Shown: one piece after another, positions 1-9,151 of the stretch
How positions within the stretch are numbered: position 1 is the stretch's first letter
How the letters are laid out: each line of letters opens with the position of its first letter
The notes under the pieces: generated by a model
Seen by the model: only the letters and a program-made list of their open reading frames with translations
What the model was told of the DNA's origin: nothing
Databases searched by the model: none
Translations under genes and position numbers: made by a program
DNA from: a bacterium (Candidatus Ratteibacteria) CG_4_9_14_3_um_filter_41_21
GTDB lineage: Bacteria > Ratteibacteria > UBA8468
Direction: 5' to 3'
Length of the DNA: 24,613 bases
NCBI GenBank assembly: GCA_002791075.1
Contig: PFWI01000051.1
Location: 1 to 24,613, forward strand

Positions 1-2
1 GT

Positions 3-608
3 AGTTATGTTGCTCACGGTGAAAAAGAGCAAATAACTCCGGCAAAAACAAAAGGCTTGAAAAAAGAACGGCACTCTTTTTGGAAGAGAAAAAAAGAAAA
101 GAAAATAGAGCCGACCTTTGCCGAAACAGCAAAGATTACAGCTGAAACTGCATTAGAAGCAAGTAAAAAAGCGGAGGAATCGGTAAAAAAATCAACCGCG
201 ATTGCGGAAACGTCTTTAGAGGTAAGTAAAAAAGCAGAAAGCGTATCACTTGAGGCTTTAAATGCTGCCAAAACTGCGGAAACTGTCGCCAATCGCGCAA
301 TTACTCAAACCAATGAAGCAATTAAAATCGCAAATGAAGCGGTGGCAACGACAAATCGGGCAATCGACAAAATAAACGAGTTAGCTGAAAAATTGAAGGA
401 ACAGAAGAAGTTTGAACAGAAGGCGGAAGAAGAAAAGGAAAAAAAGTCTCAGACTTATCAAGTCAAAAAAGGAGATTCTCTGACGAAGATTGCGCTAAAT
501 GTTTATGGAGACGCCTCTCTGTGGAAAAAACTCTTTGCTGCTAATCGAAACAAAATTAAAAATCCCAATTTTATTTACCTGGGGCAAGTTCTTGCCGTCC
601 CAAAATAA
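3..608 (+). CDS. LysM peptidoglycan-binding protein with Ala/Lys/Glu-rich helical stalk (5'-partial)
   Basis: C-terminal LysM motif YQVKKGDSLTKIALNVYGDASLWKKLFAANRNKIKNPNFIYLGQVLAVP. The frame is open from base 3 to the TTG at 57, so the real start probably lies upstream of the window. Confidence 0.85.
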   Translation, partial: SYVAHGEKEQITPAKTKGLKKERHSFWKRKKEKKIEPTFAETAKITAETALEASKKAEESVKKSTAIAETSLEVSKKAESVSLEALNAAKTAETVANRAITQTNEAIKIANEAVATTNRAIDKINELAEKLKEQKKFEQKAEEEKEKKSQTYQVKKGDSLTKIALNVYGDASLWKKLFAANRNKIKNPNFIYLGQVLAVPK

Positions 609-634
609 AAACGGGTATGAGGGGGTGAAAAAAA

Positions 635-1159
635 GTGAAAAAGATAATATTTCTTTTTAGCGTAGCTGTTTTAGGGGTAATTTTTGCTTCGGCTATTTTG
701 GAAGCCGGGAATAAAGGTTATTTTGCTGGAGATTCTTCCGAAAGTTCGATTGTCCCTAAAATGGATCTTAGTAGAATCAATAGCGGCGTTTTTGAGAGAA
801 AAGCCGAGAGAGGAGTTACGAAAAGACTGGTTAGAAAATCAGCAAAAAGAATGCCCGCGATAGAATTTTCTGCAGTTAATGATGCTATTGCTGATGCAAA
901 TACAGCCATTGATTCGGCTAAAAAAGCAGTGACAGCAGCTAATCGAAAAATTGAGGCCGCAAATCGACTTGGTGCAGGAATGAGAGAACTGGAGCTAAGA
1001 GAAAAACCGTATATAGTAAGAAAAGGTGATTCTCTCTGGAAAATTGCAAAAAATGCTTATGGAGACGGCGCTCTTTGGCAAAAGATTTTTAAGGCCAATG
1101 AGTCTAAAATCCAAGACCCCAATCTTATCTACCCCAAGCAAATTCTTTACATCCCGTAA
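635..1159 (+). CDS. Exported LysM peptidoglycan-binding protein with helical stalk
   Basis: Signal peptide-like N-terminus (MKKIIFLFSVAVLGVIFASA), Ala-rich helix, LysM YIVRKGDSLWKIAKNAYGDGALWQKIFKAN...PNLIYPKQILYIP. SD-like GAGGGGG precedes the GTG. Confidence 0.85.
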   Translation: MKKIIFLFSVAVLGVIFASAILEAGNKGYFAGDSSESSIVPKMDLSRINSGVFERKAERGVTKRLVRKSAKRMPAIEFSAVNDAIADANTAIDSAKKAVTAANRKIEAANRLGAGMRELELREKPYIVRKGDSLWKIAKNAYGDGALWQKIFKANESKIQDPNLIYPKQILYIP

Positions 1160-1227
1160 AAAAAATACTTCCCTATGCTGTCAAAGTAATTAAAGAGAAG
1201 GCAGCATAGGGTTTATTTTTAAAAAAT

Positions 1228-2184
1228 ATGCGCAAGGAATTCTTGCTTAAAAACAATGAGGAAGCCAAGATTCTCTTTGGAGAATACGACGAGAATTTGA
1301 GGTTTTTGGAAAAGGAATCAGGAGTAACAATTACGGCTAGAGGTTGTGCCCTTTCGCTTACGGGAAAAGAGAAAGAAGTTGAGAAAATTCTTTCCCTCCT
1401 CAAAGAAATTCTTCCTTTAGTAAGAAGAGGAGACCAGATCAACCCGGAAGCTTTTTTAAGAATTTTAGAGAAAGAAGAAAAAATTTCCTTCCCCCCCTTA
1501 AATTTGATTGAAATTTCTTCCAAAAAACCAGTAGTGTTTCCAAGGTCAAAAGGCCAAAGAGATTATCTTGAAGCAATGAATAAGTATGATGTTGTAATTT
1601 CTATTGGTCCGGCAGGCACAGGAAAAACATACTTGGCCGTGGCAATGGCGCTTTCCTATTTAAAGAAAAGTGCAGTAGAAAGGATTATTTTGACCAGGCC
1701 AGCCATTGAGGCCGGAGAAAAATTGGGTTTTCTCCCAGGCGATTTAGACGAAAAGATTCGTCCCTATCTTCAGCCGCTTCACGATGCCTTTTATGATATA
1801 CTGCCGTTGGATGAGACGAAAAGATTATTTGCCAGAAAAATAATAGAGGTAATTCCTCTTGCTTATATGAGAGGCAGAACCTTGAATAATTCCTTTATTA
1901 TTTTGGATGAAGGGCAAAACGCAACTGCTGAACAAATGAAGATGTTTCTCACCAGGCTTGGTTTTAATTCAAAGGTAGTCGTTACCGGAGATGTAACCCA
2001 GTCCGATCTTCCTGCAAACCCCACTATCGGATTAGTTGAGATAGAATCACTTTTAAAAGAAATTAAAGGGATAAAGTTTATTTACCTGACCGAAAAAGAC
2101 GTGGTCAGGCATCCCCTGGTTCGCGAGATTATTAAAGCTTATGAAAAAAACATACATTTGCAATTTAACCAAAATAAAGTTTGA
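1228..2184 (+). CDS. phoH: PhoH family ATPase
   Basis: Walker A GPAGTGKT, RIILTRPA(I)EAGEKLGFLPGD, PLAYMRGRTL, ILDEGQN, GDVTQSDL, DVVRHPLV. Confidence 0.95.
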   Translation: MRKEFLLKNNEEAKILFGEYDENLRFLEKESGVTITARGCALSLTGKEKEVEKILSLLKEILPLVRRGDQINPEAFLRILEKEEKISFPPLNLIEISSKKPVVFPRSKGQRDYLEAMNKYDVVISIGPAGTGKTYLAVAMALSYLKKSAVERIILTRPAIEAGEKLGFLPGDLDEKIRPYLQPLHDAFYDILPLDETKRLFARKIIEVIPLAYMRGRTLNNSFIILDEGQNATAEQMKMFLTRLGFNSKVVVTGDVTQSDLPANPTIGLVEIESLLKEIKGIKFIYLTEKDVVRHPLVREIIKAYEKNIHLQFNQNKV

Positions 2185-2551
2185 CTTCGTCTTTCTTAAA
2201 GACATCGTAAAAAAAATTGGGCAAATTAAATCAATTAAACAGGGAGAAATTGGACTTATTTTACTTGACGATGAAGAAATCCAAAGATACAATCTTAAAT
2301 ATCGTGGTGTGGATAGGCCTACTGATGTGCTTGCCTTTCCTGTTGATGAAAATACCGGAGAGATTCTTATTTCTTTAGATTCGGCAAAGAAGCAGGCAAA
2401 AATTTACCGCCAATCTCTTAAGCAGGAAATGAGCCTTTTAGTCCTTCATGGGTTTCTGCATCTTGCCGGTTATAAGGATAACAGCAAAAAAAATAGATTA
2501 AAAATGGAAAAGGAAGAAGAAAATATTTTAAATCTTATTAAAACACAATGA
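2141..2551 (+). CDS. ybeY: rRNA maturation endoribonuclease YbeY
   Basis: N..YRG.DRPTDVLAF and metal-binding LHGFLHLAGY; follows phoH as in the usual cluster. Confidence 0.9.
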   Translation: MKKTYICNLTKIKFDFVFLKDIVKKIGQIKSIKQGEIGLILLDDEEIQRYNLKYRGVDRPTDVLAFPVDENTGEILISLDSAKKQAKIYRQSLKQEMSLLVLHGFLHLAGYKDNSKKNRLKMEKEEENILNLIKTQ

Positions 2552-3153
2552 AAAATCTGGAGCGTCACTTTATTACCGGTCTTATCATTCTGATTCCCAT
2601 TATTGTGACAATTTGGATATTGTGGAAAGTTTCCATCTTTTTGGAAGGAATATTGGGTAACCTTTTCAGGAATTATTTACCTAATTTCTATGCTCCGGGT
2701 TTGGGAGTTTTTTCTCTTATTCTGATTATTATTTTAGTAGGCGCGGTAGCAAACAATCTTTTAGGAAAAAGATTATTGAAATTCGGAGAGGGGCTTTTAG
2801 CCCGAATTCCTTTTTTTAATAAAATTTACCTTTCCATTAAAGGTGTCAGTGATGCTGTTTTGAAAAAAAAGGCCTTTAATGGTGTAGCTCTGATAGAATT
2901 TTCTCCAGGCCTTCAGACTCTTGCTTTTATCACTTCCCCTGCTCAAAAAGAGATTCAAAAAGAAAGCAACGAAAAATTGGTAAGTCTTTTTGTGCCTACC
3001 GTTCCCAATATTACTACCGGCTTTTATTTCCTGATTCCGGAAAAGGATTTAAAAAAGCTGGATTTAAGCGTAGAGGATGCGTTAAAATTGATACTTTCGC
3101 TAGGATTGACTGCGAATCAACTAAAGGAACAAAACAAAAATATTAAAGAATAA
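2548..3153 (+). CDS. DUF502 family membrane protein
   Basis: FITGLIILIPIIVT N-terminal TM, RIPFFNKIYLSIK, VSLFVPTVPNITTGF, LSVEDALKLILSLG. Confidence 0.85.
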   Translation: MKNLERHFITGLIILIPIIVTIWILWKVSIFLEGILGNLFRNYLPNFYAPGLGVFSLILIIILVGAVANNLLGKRLLKFGEGLLARIPFFNKIYLSIKGVSDAVLKKKAFNGVALIEFSPGLQTLAFITSPAQKEIQKESNEKLVSLFVPTVPNITTGFYFLIPEKDLKKLDLSVEDALKLILSLGLTANQLKEQNKNIKE

Positions 3154-3158
3154 AATAA

Positions 3159-3920
3159 GTGGCTCTGGCAAAAACTAATGCTCTAATCATTCAGAGTAGG
3201 AGATTCAGAGAGACAAGTCTTCTCCTCGTTTACTACACCCTTGATTTTGGCAAGATTGACGCTATTGCTAAAGGAGTTTTTGGGACTAAAAAACTTTTTT
3301 TCCATGTTTTTCCCGCCTATGTTGAAATTTCTCTCTATAGAAAAGAAAATTCTCTTTCCCTGGTTTCTCACTGCGAACTTCTTGACCCCTTTCCGGGATT
3401 GCATCAAGACCTAAAAAAATTATCTTATAGTTTTTACGTTTTGGAATTGGTCAAGGAGGCGGTTAGAGAAAGCGAGCAGAATAGTTCTCTCTTCTGGCTG
3501 CTCTTTAAGATTTTAAAAGTTCTGGATGAGATAAAAGACTATCACCAGATAGAATTGGTCCGCCCTGCTTTTGAATTAAAATTTTTGAAGATTCTCGGTT
3601 ACGGCCCTTTTCTAAATAACTGTGTCATCTGCAAAAAGAAAATTCAAAAAGATACGTCTGGTTTTAGATTAAGCGCTCAAGCCGGAGGGCTTCTCTGCCG
3701 AAGATGCTGTCGGCAGGACCCAACCTCTCTTCCAATTACTTATTCTTTAAATACCTTGATGAATTATCTTTTAAATTTGGAGGTTTTTCTTCTCCCGAGA
3801 TTAAAAATGCCTTTTAATCTGCGCCAAGAACTTTTAAATTACCTTAGTTATTTTAAAGATTATTATCTCCCGAGCAATCAGCAATCATTAAAACTGGTTG
3901 AGAGAATAAAAAATGCGTAA
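3159..3920 (+). CDS. recO: DNA repair protein RecO
   Basis: N-terminal OB fold (RETSLLLVYYTLDFGKIDAIAKG), FELKFLKILGYGP, Zn finger CVIC...CRRC. Confidence 0.9.
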   Translation: MALAKTNALIIQSRRFRETSLLLVYYTLDFGKIDAIAKGVFGTKKLFFHVFPAYVEISLYRKENSLSLVSHCELLDPFPGLHQDLKKLSYSFYVLELVKEAVRESEQNSSLFWLLFKILKVLDEIKDYHQIELVRPAFELKFLKILGYGPFLNNCVICKKKIQKDTSGFRLSAQAGGLLCRRCCRQDPTSLPITYSLNTLMNYLLNLEVFLLPRLKMPFNLRQELLNYLSYFKDYYLPSNQQSLKLVERIKNA

Positions 3921-4782
3921 AATTTCTGCTGAAAAAATTATCGCTGTAATTAGCCGGCTTTGCATCCAAAGCAATTGCCAAATTAATGAAGATTTAATCA
4001 CTTCCTTAAAACACGCCCGGGGAAAAGAGCAGGGGAGGGCAAGAATGGTGCTTGCTTCTATTTTAAAGAATATCAAAATTGCGCAAAGAGAGAAACTCCC
4101 GGTTTGCCAGGATACCGGAATGGCAATTGTCTTTCTGGAAATAGGGGATAAACTTAAAATTGATTTGGGAGAGTTTCTTTCCCTTTCCGCTCTTGTTCAG
4201 GAAGGTGTAAGAAGGGGCTATCAATCTGGGTATTTGCGTAAGTCAATAGTCGAGCCCTTATCCCGGGTTAACACCGAAGACAATACTCCGGCAATTATCC
4301 GCGAGAAGATTGTAGCCGGCAACCGTTTAAAAATTAAACTTTTAATCAAGGGCTTTGGCGCTGAGAATATGGCTAAAACCTCAATGTTGCGCCCTGATGC
4401 CGGCGAAGCAGGAATTAAAAGGTTTACTCTTGATTCCGTAAAGAAGGCGGGTTCCCATCCCTGTCCTCCCATGGTGATAGGAATAGGGATTGGCGGGACA
4501 ATGCAGAAAGCCGTCTCTCTGGCCGAAGAGGCTCTTTTAGAACCAGTTAAAAGTAAAAGGGCTTATTTTCGCGGGTGTCCTGGACTAAAAAGTAAAATTA
4601 AAAGATTAGAAGAAGAATTATTAAGGGAAATTAACCAATTAAATATTGGTCCGGCAGGATTGGGAGGGGAAACAACTGCTTTATCCGTAAAGATTAAAAC
4701 CTTCCCTACTCATATCGCTGGTTTGCCGGTGGCAGTCAATATTTCCTGCTGGGCAAATCGCCATCAGGAAATAATTCTATAA
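3913..4782 (+). CDS. Fe-S hydro-lyase, fumarate hydratase/L-tartrate dehydratase alpha subunit
   Basis: PVCQDTG, GYLRKSIV, KGFGAEN, PCPP.VIGIGIGGT, LGG.TTAL, THIAGLPVAVNISCWA.RH. Confidence 0.92.
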   Translation: MRKISAEKIIAVISRLCIQSNCQINEDLITSLKHARGKEQGRARMVLASILKNIKIAQREKLPVCQDTGMAIVFLEIGDKLKIDLGEFLSLSALVQEGVRRGYQSGYLRKSIVEPLSRVNTEDNTPAIIREKIVAGNRLKIKLLIKGFGAENMAKTSMLRPDAGEAGIKRFTLDSVKKAGSHPCPPMVIGIGIGGTMQKAVSLAEEALLEPVKSKRAYFRGCPGLKSKIKRLEEELLREINQLNIGPAGLGGETTALSVKIKTFPTHIAGLPVAVNISCWANRHQEIIL

Positions 4783-4784
4783 AA

Positions 4785-5315
4785 ATGAAAACTAAGAGGA
4801 TATTTGCTCCTTTAACTTCAGAGGGAATAAAAAAACTGGAAACCGGAGATGAAGTTTTGCTTTCCGGCATCATTTATACGGCAAGGGACGCGGCCCATCA
4901 AAGAATGACGAAGAATTTAAAAAAATTGCCTTTTGATTTGAAAGGGCAGATTATTTATTATACCGGACCAACACCACCATCGCCGGGAAAGATTATCGGC
5001 TCCTGCGGCCCCACCACAAGTTACCGAATGGACCCGTATACGCCGAGCCTTTTGAAATTAGGTTTAAAGGGAACTATTGGCAAGGGAGAGCGCAGTCAGG
5101 AGGTAAAAGAGGCAATCAAGAGGTATTCAGCGGTCTATTTTATTGCTTTTGGCGGTTGCGGAGCTTTATATTCCCAATTTATAAAAAAGACAACTCTGAT
5201 TGCTTATCTTGATTTAGGATGCGAATCTATCTTAAAATTGGAGGTAGAGGATTTTCCCCTCCTTGTTGGCATTGACGCTTGTGGAAGGGACATTTATCAG
5301 CAACAAAAAACTTAA
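4785..5315 (+). CDS. Fe-S hydro-lyase, fumarate hydratase/L-tartrate dehydratase beta subunit
   Basis: GDEVLLSGIIYTARDAAHQR, IYYTGP, GSCGPTTSYRM, IGKGER, FPLLVGID; directly after the alpha subunit. Confidence 0.92.
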   Translation: MKTKRIFAPLTSEGIKKLETGDEVLLSGIIYTARDAAHQRMTKNLKKLPFDLKGQIIYYTGPTPPSPGKIIGSCGPTTSYRMDPYTPSLLKLGLKGTIGKGERSQEVKEAIKRYSAVYFIAFGGCGALYSQFIKKTTLIAYLDLGCESILKLEVEDFPLLVGIDACGRDIYQQQKT

Positions 5316-5586
5316 CCGCAGAGAAACACGGAGAACTTAATCGGACACAGATACACGTAGATTTACAGACTACCACGAAATCACGAAAAACTACAACATC
5401 TTTAACCACGAATTACACGAATTAATCGAATTCAAAAAACAATAATAAAGATTCTCTGACCGGATTTACAGGATTTTATTTTTATAATCCTGATTTTAAT
5501 CATGTTAATCCTGTCAAAAGTTTTAATTCGTGAAATTCGATAAATTCGTGGTTACATTGTTTTTCTTTGTGAATTTTCTGTGGTTA
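5313..5586. repeat. Nested cluster of imperfect inverted repeats with ~9-nt internal periodicity
   Basis: Outer pair 5313-5336 / 5561-5586, middle pair 5404-5432 / 5525-5553, inner pair 5457-5475 / 5486-5516. Unpaired half-elements at 5341-5370 and 5372-5389 have relatives at ~17623-17654 and 15422-15440. Confidence 0.8.
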
Positions 5587-5612
5587 TAAAAACTTTTTAC
5601 AGGAGGTGTCTT

Positions 5613-6467
5613 TTGAATAATAATATCGCAGTTTTTAAGGTAGAAGGAGAGGGGATTGCCGAGGTTTGGGAGAAAAGTATTCTTGAACTCTGGGAGAAGG
5701 GGAAAAACATTAAGACGGAGTATGATGCTGCCGAGGACCCGCCCAGCAAAGACGCTGCCGTAATGATGCTGGTAAAAAATCCTTTTGTTGAGCCTAGGAT
5801 TCACCTTGCTTTCCCCGGGGGATTGGAGGATTTGGAGAAGTATCGGCAGGAAGTGGTCTTAGGGGTTCACGATCAATGGATTAATCCTCAAGCCGGCTCC
5901 TGGACCTATACCTATCACCAACGACTTTTTGGCTATCTTGATAAGATTAATCAGGTAGACTATATCGTGGAAAAACTGGCCAGTTCGGAGTATTCCCGCC
6001 GGGCCCAGGCCATTACCTGGATCCCTGCGGTTGATCCTCCTGCGGATGACCCTCCCTGCCTGCAAAGACTCTGGTGCCGGATTAGCCGAAGGCAGGATAA
6101 ACTCTTCCTGGATATGCATACTCACTGGAGAAGCCGCGATGCTTATCGGGCGGCATTTATGAATATCTTTGGCTTTACGGAATTGCAAAAAATTATTTGC
6201 GGGAAAATTTCGGAAAAAAGAAAGGAGAAAATTTTCGTCGGTTACTATTTAGATATCTCCGATTCCTATCACATTTACGGCTCCAATTTCAATGATTTTA
6301 AGGAACGATTCTTAAAACTGCAGAAAATGAGAAAATTTTATGATAAGGAAAGAATTAAGAGCCGAACGATGAGAAGTGATGACCCCGCCGCCATTGCAGG
6401 TTTTGAATATGGCAGAAAACTATTGGAGATGGAAAGAAAGAGTGGGAAGAGAGGGGCAACCTTTTAA
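5613..6467 (+). CDS. Thymidylate synthase (ThyA fold), divergent archaeal-like type
   Basis: SRRAQAITW, catalytic PPCL, HWRSRD.Y.A.FMN, DSYHIYG. Start moved to TTG 5613 because AGGAGG at 5601-5606 is at SD spacing. Confidence 0.8.
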   Translation: MNNNIAVFKVEGEGIAEVWEKSILELWEKGKNIKTEYDAAEDPPSKDAAVMMLVKNPFVEPRIHLAFPGGLEDLEKYRQEVVLGVHDQWINPQAGSWTYTYHQRLFGYLDKINQVDYIVEKLASSEYSRRAQAITWIPAVDPPADDPPCLQRLWCRISRRQDKLFLDMHTHWRSRDAYRAAFMNIFGFTELQKIICGKISEKRKEKIFVGYYLDISDSYHIYGSNFNDFKERFLKLQKMRKFYDKERIKSRTMRSDDPAAIAGFEYGRKLLEMERKSGKRGATF

Positions 6468-7435
6468 TGGCAATTCCTCTTTTGGTTATTCTTGGACCCA
6501 CGGCGGTTGGCAAATCGGAGATTGCTATGTCCCTGGCCAAAAGGATTCAGGGAGAGATTCTCTCTGCCGACTCAATGCAATTATATCAAGGGATGGACCT
6601 TGGCACCGCCAAGCCTTCTTTGCATCAGCAAAAAGAGGTTCCCCACCATCTTATTAATCTCCTGGAGCCGGATAAATCTTTTAACGTCTTTGAGTACGCT
6701 AAAAAAGCGGAAAAAATAATCGGAGATATTCATCAAAGAGAAAAGATTCCTATTTTAGTCGGCGGCAGTGGTCTTTATATCCGGGCAGTGATTGATGGGC
6801 TCTTTGAACATCCTAAGATAGATTCTCAGAAAAGATTAGAAATAAGCAGAAGCCTTGAAGGGAAGGATATTGCTTCTCTCTATCGGGAATTAGAGAGTGT
6901 TGACCAAAAAGCAAGCCAAAGAATCCATCCTCATGATTCTCGGAGAATCAAAAGAGCGCTGGAAGTATTTTATACCAGCGGTATCCCCATCTCTGTTTTA
7001 CAGAAAAAGAAACCGGAGAAGTTATTCCAGACTTTAATTATTGGAATCAAGCGGGAGAGAAAAGAACTCTACGAGAGAATCAATAAAAGGGTAGGGGAAA
7101 TCTTTGCTCAAGGGCTGGTTGATGAAGTTAAAACTCTTTTAGAAAAAGGATATAGCGAAAATTTAAACTCAATGCAGGCAATTGGCTACAAAGAGACTAT
7201 CACTTATTTAAAAAGGGAGAGAGGGTTGGAGGCGACGGTAGAGTTGGTAAAGAGGAATACCCGCAGGCTTGCCAAACGCCAACTTTCCTGGTTTCGCGGG
7301 GACAAAAGAATAAGGTGGCTTAACCTTAGCCGCCAGGAAACTCCCGAGCAAACTGCCGCGATTATTGAAAGAATTATAAACACGTCGTATAATTTGTTAT
7401 GTAGCGGTGCGATTCATCGCACAAATAAATTATGA
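6467..7435 (+). CDS. miaA: tRNA dimethylallyltransferase
   Basis: ILGPTAVGKS, SADSMQLYQGMDLGTAKP, VPHHLI, VGGSGLYIRA, IGYKE, TRRLAKRQLSWFR. Confidence 0.96.
   Translation: MAIPLLVILGPTAVGKSEIAMSLAKRIQGEILSADSMQLYQGMDLGTAKPSLHQQKEVPHHLINLLEPDKSFNVFEYAKKAEKIIGDIHQREKIPILVGGSGLYIRAVIDGLFEHPKIDSQKRLEISRSLEGKDIASLYRELESVDQKASQRIHPHDSRRIKRALEVFYTSGIPISVLQKKKPEKLFQTLIIGIKRERKELYERINKRVGEIFAQGLVDEVKTLLEKGYSENLNSMQAIGYKETITYLKRERGLEATVELVKRNTRRLAKRQLSWFRGDKRIRWLNLSRQETPEQTAAIIERIINTSYNLLCSGAIHRTNKL
7401..7422 (+). repeat. REP-like GTAG + palindrome, inside the miaA 3' end
   Basis: GTAGCG-GTGCGAT-TC-ATCGCAC; near-identical copy at 17684-17705. Confidence 0.7.
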
Positions 7436-8616
7436 AATATCTGATTATTATTGGGGATGGGATGGCTGATTATCCTCAAAGGGCATTAAGGGGTAAAACT
7501 CCTTTGGAGTTTGCTAAAACTCCCTGGCTGGATAAGATGGCTAAGGGAGGTTTTGTAGGCCGAGTAAAAACTATTCCCAGAGGATTAAAGCCGGGTAGCG
7601 ATATCGCTACCCTTTCCATTTTAGGTTATGACCCCAGAAAATTCTACTTCGGAAGAGGACCTTTGGAAGCAATTAATATGGGAATTAACTTAAGGGAAAA
7701 GGATGTTGCCATCCGCTGCAATTTTATTACCGAGAACGATGGAATTTTAGCCGATTATTCTGCAGGCCATATCCAAACTGCGGAAGCAAAAATTCTTATT
7801 GATTTTCTCAACCGCAAATTGGCCGATGAAAAAATTAGATTTTATCCGGGAGTAAGTTATCGCCATATCCTCATCTTCAAGGATTGTACCCTTAATCTTG
7901 GTGAAATCTCCACTACGCCTCCTCACGATATTATCGGGAAAAGGATTAAGGATTATCTCCCTTCCGGCAAAGATGCCAGGATTTTACGGGAATTGATGAT
8001 GGATTCCAGGATTTTGCTTCGCGATCATAAAATCAATCGAATCAGAATTGACCTGGAAGAAAATCCAGCCGATATGATTTGGCTCTGGGGAGAAGGGAGA
8101 AAAAAGAGTCTGCCGAGTTTCAGGAAAAGGTTTGGTTTTAAAGGTAGCGTTATCTCTGCCGTAGACATTGTCAAAGGAATTGGTAAATCCATTGGCCTTA
8201 CTTCTATTGAGGTAGAAGGAGCTACCGGATATCTGGATACCAATTATAAGGGTAAAGTGGAAGCAGCGATAAATTCTTTAAAGGAAAAGGATTTTGTTTT
8301 TTTGCATGTTGAGGCTCCGGATGAGGCAAGCCATTCCGGCCAGTTAAAACTAAAACTTAAGGCAATTGAGGATTTTGACAAGGAAATTATGGGAAGAATT
8401 TTTCCGCAACTTCTCGCTTTAAAAGAGTGCCGGCTCCTTATTCTTTCTGACCACATTACCTCTCTGAAATCCCGCACCCATTCAGCCGACCCGGTTCCAT
8501 TTCTTCTTTTCGGCAAAGGAGTAAAGCCCAATAAAACCACTTCCTTCAATGAAACTGCCGCTAAAAGGAAATTTTACCTTAAAGAAGGCCATAAATTGAT
8601 TGACCTCTTTTTTTAA
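7432..8616 (+). CDS. apgM: Cofactor-independent phosphoglycerate mutase, ApgM/archaeal type
   Basis: IIIGDGMAD, GKTPLE.A.TP.LD, PGSDIATLSILGYDP, GRGPLEA, SAVDIVKGIG, ATGYLDTNY, HVEAPDEASH, SDH.T, THSADPVPF. Confidence 0.9.
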   Translation: MKYLIIIGDGMADYPQRALRGKTPLEFAKTPWLDKMAKGGFVGRVKTIPRGLKPGSDIATLSILGYDPRKFYFGRGPLEAINMGINLREKDVAIRCNFITENDGILADYSAGHIQTAEAKILIDFLNRKLADEKIRFYPGVSYRHILIFKDCTLNLGEISTTPPHDIIGKRIKDYLPSGKDARILRELMMDSRILLRDHKINRIRIDLEENPADMIWLWGEGRKKSLPSFRKRFGFKGSVISAVDIVKGIGKSIGLTSIEVEGATGYLDTNYKGKVEAAINSLKEKDFVFLHVEAPDEASHSGQLKLKLKAIEDFDKEIMGRIFPQLLALKECRLLILSDHITSLKSRTHSADPVPFLLFGKGVKPNKTTSFNETAAKRKFYLKEGHKLIDLFF

Positions 8617-8664
8617 CCGCTCATCTTCATCCTCTCCCCTAAGGAGGGAGAGGGAAGGGAGGGG
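8616..8664. repeat. C-rich/G-rich hairpin repeat, copy 1
   Basis: Stem CCTCTCCC 8631-8638 / GGGAGAGG 8646-8653; same layout as 10014-10060 and 15968-16016. Confidence 0.65.
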
Positions 8665-8667
8665 ACA

Positions 8668-9138
8668 GTGGCTATTGTCTATTTGGGAATTGGAACAAAC
8701 TTGGGAAGAAGGAGAAAGAATATTGAGACCGCTTTAAGATTATTAAAAAGGAAAAAGATCAAGATTAATCAAGTTTCTTTCTTTTTTAAGACAAGACCGG
8801 AAGAAGGGGTAAAAGGCTCCTATTTTCTTAACGGTGTGGCAGAGATAGAGACAGAATTGCCTCCTCAGAAACTTTTAAAATTTCTTAAAGAGACAGAAGA
8901 GCGCCTGGGGAGAAAAATAAATCATAAAAGAAAAGAGCCGCGGACAATTGATTTAGACATTCTTTTTTATAATTCCCTTATTTTGAATGAGCCTGACCTT
9001 ATTATTCCTCATCCAGGATTTAACAAGAGAAAATTTGTTTTAAGGCCCTTGAATGAAATTGCTCCATCTTTTAAGGACCCGGTAACCAGAAAAAAGATAG
9101 AGACCCTTTTTAAAGAAAATTGTAGTGCGAGGCTTTAG
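8668..9138 (+). CDS. folK: 2-amino-4-hydroxy-6-hydroxymethyldihydropteridine diphosphokinase
   Basis: VYLGIGTNLG, FLNGVAEI, E..LGR, PRTIDLDILFY, LIIPHP, RKFVLRPLNEIAP. Confidence 0.92.
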   Translation: MAIVYLGIGTNLGRRRKNIETALRLLKRKKIKINQVSFFFKTRPEEGVKGSYFLNGVAEIETELPPQKLLKFLKETEERLGRKINHKRKEPRTIDLDILFYNSLILNEPDLIIPHPGFNKRKFVLRPLNEIAPSFKDPVTRKKIETLFKENCSARL

Positions 9139-9144
9139 CCTCGC
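9122..9144 (+). repeat. REP-like GTAG + palindrome at the folK/panC junction
   Basis: GTAGT-GCGAGGCT-TT-AGCCTCGC, 8-bp perfect stem. Confidence 0.6.
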
Positions 9145-9151
9145 TAATAGG

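Noticed and set aside
5313-5586. CRISPR array or tRNA/ncRNA in the repeat-rich gap
   Set aside because: Repeats are inverted, degenerate and lack unique regular spacers; no cloverleaf is visible.
5580-5612. ORF-track start for the ThyA-like gene
   Set aside because: Begins inside a repeat arm; TTG 5613 has AGGAGG at correct spacing.
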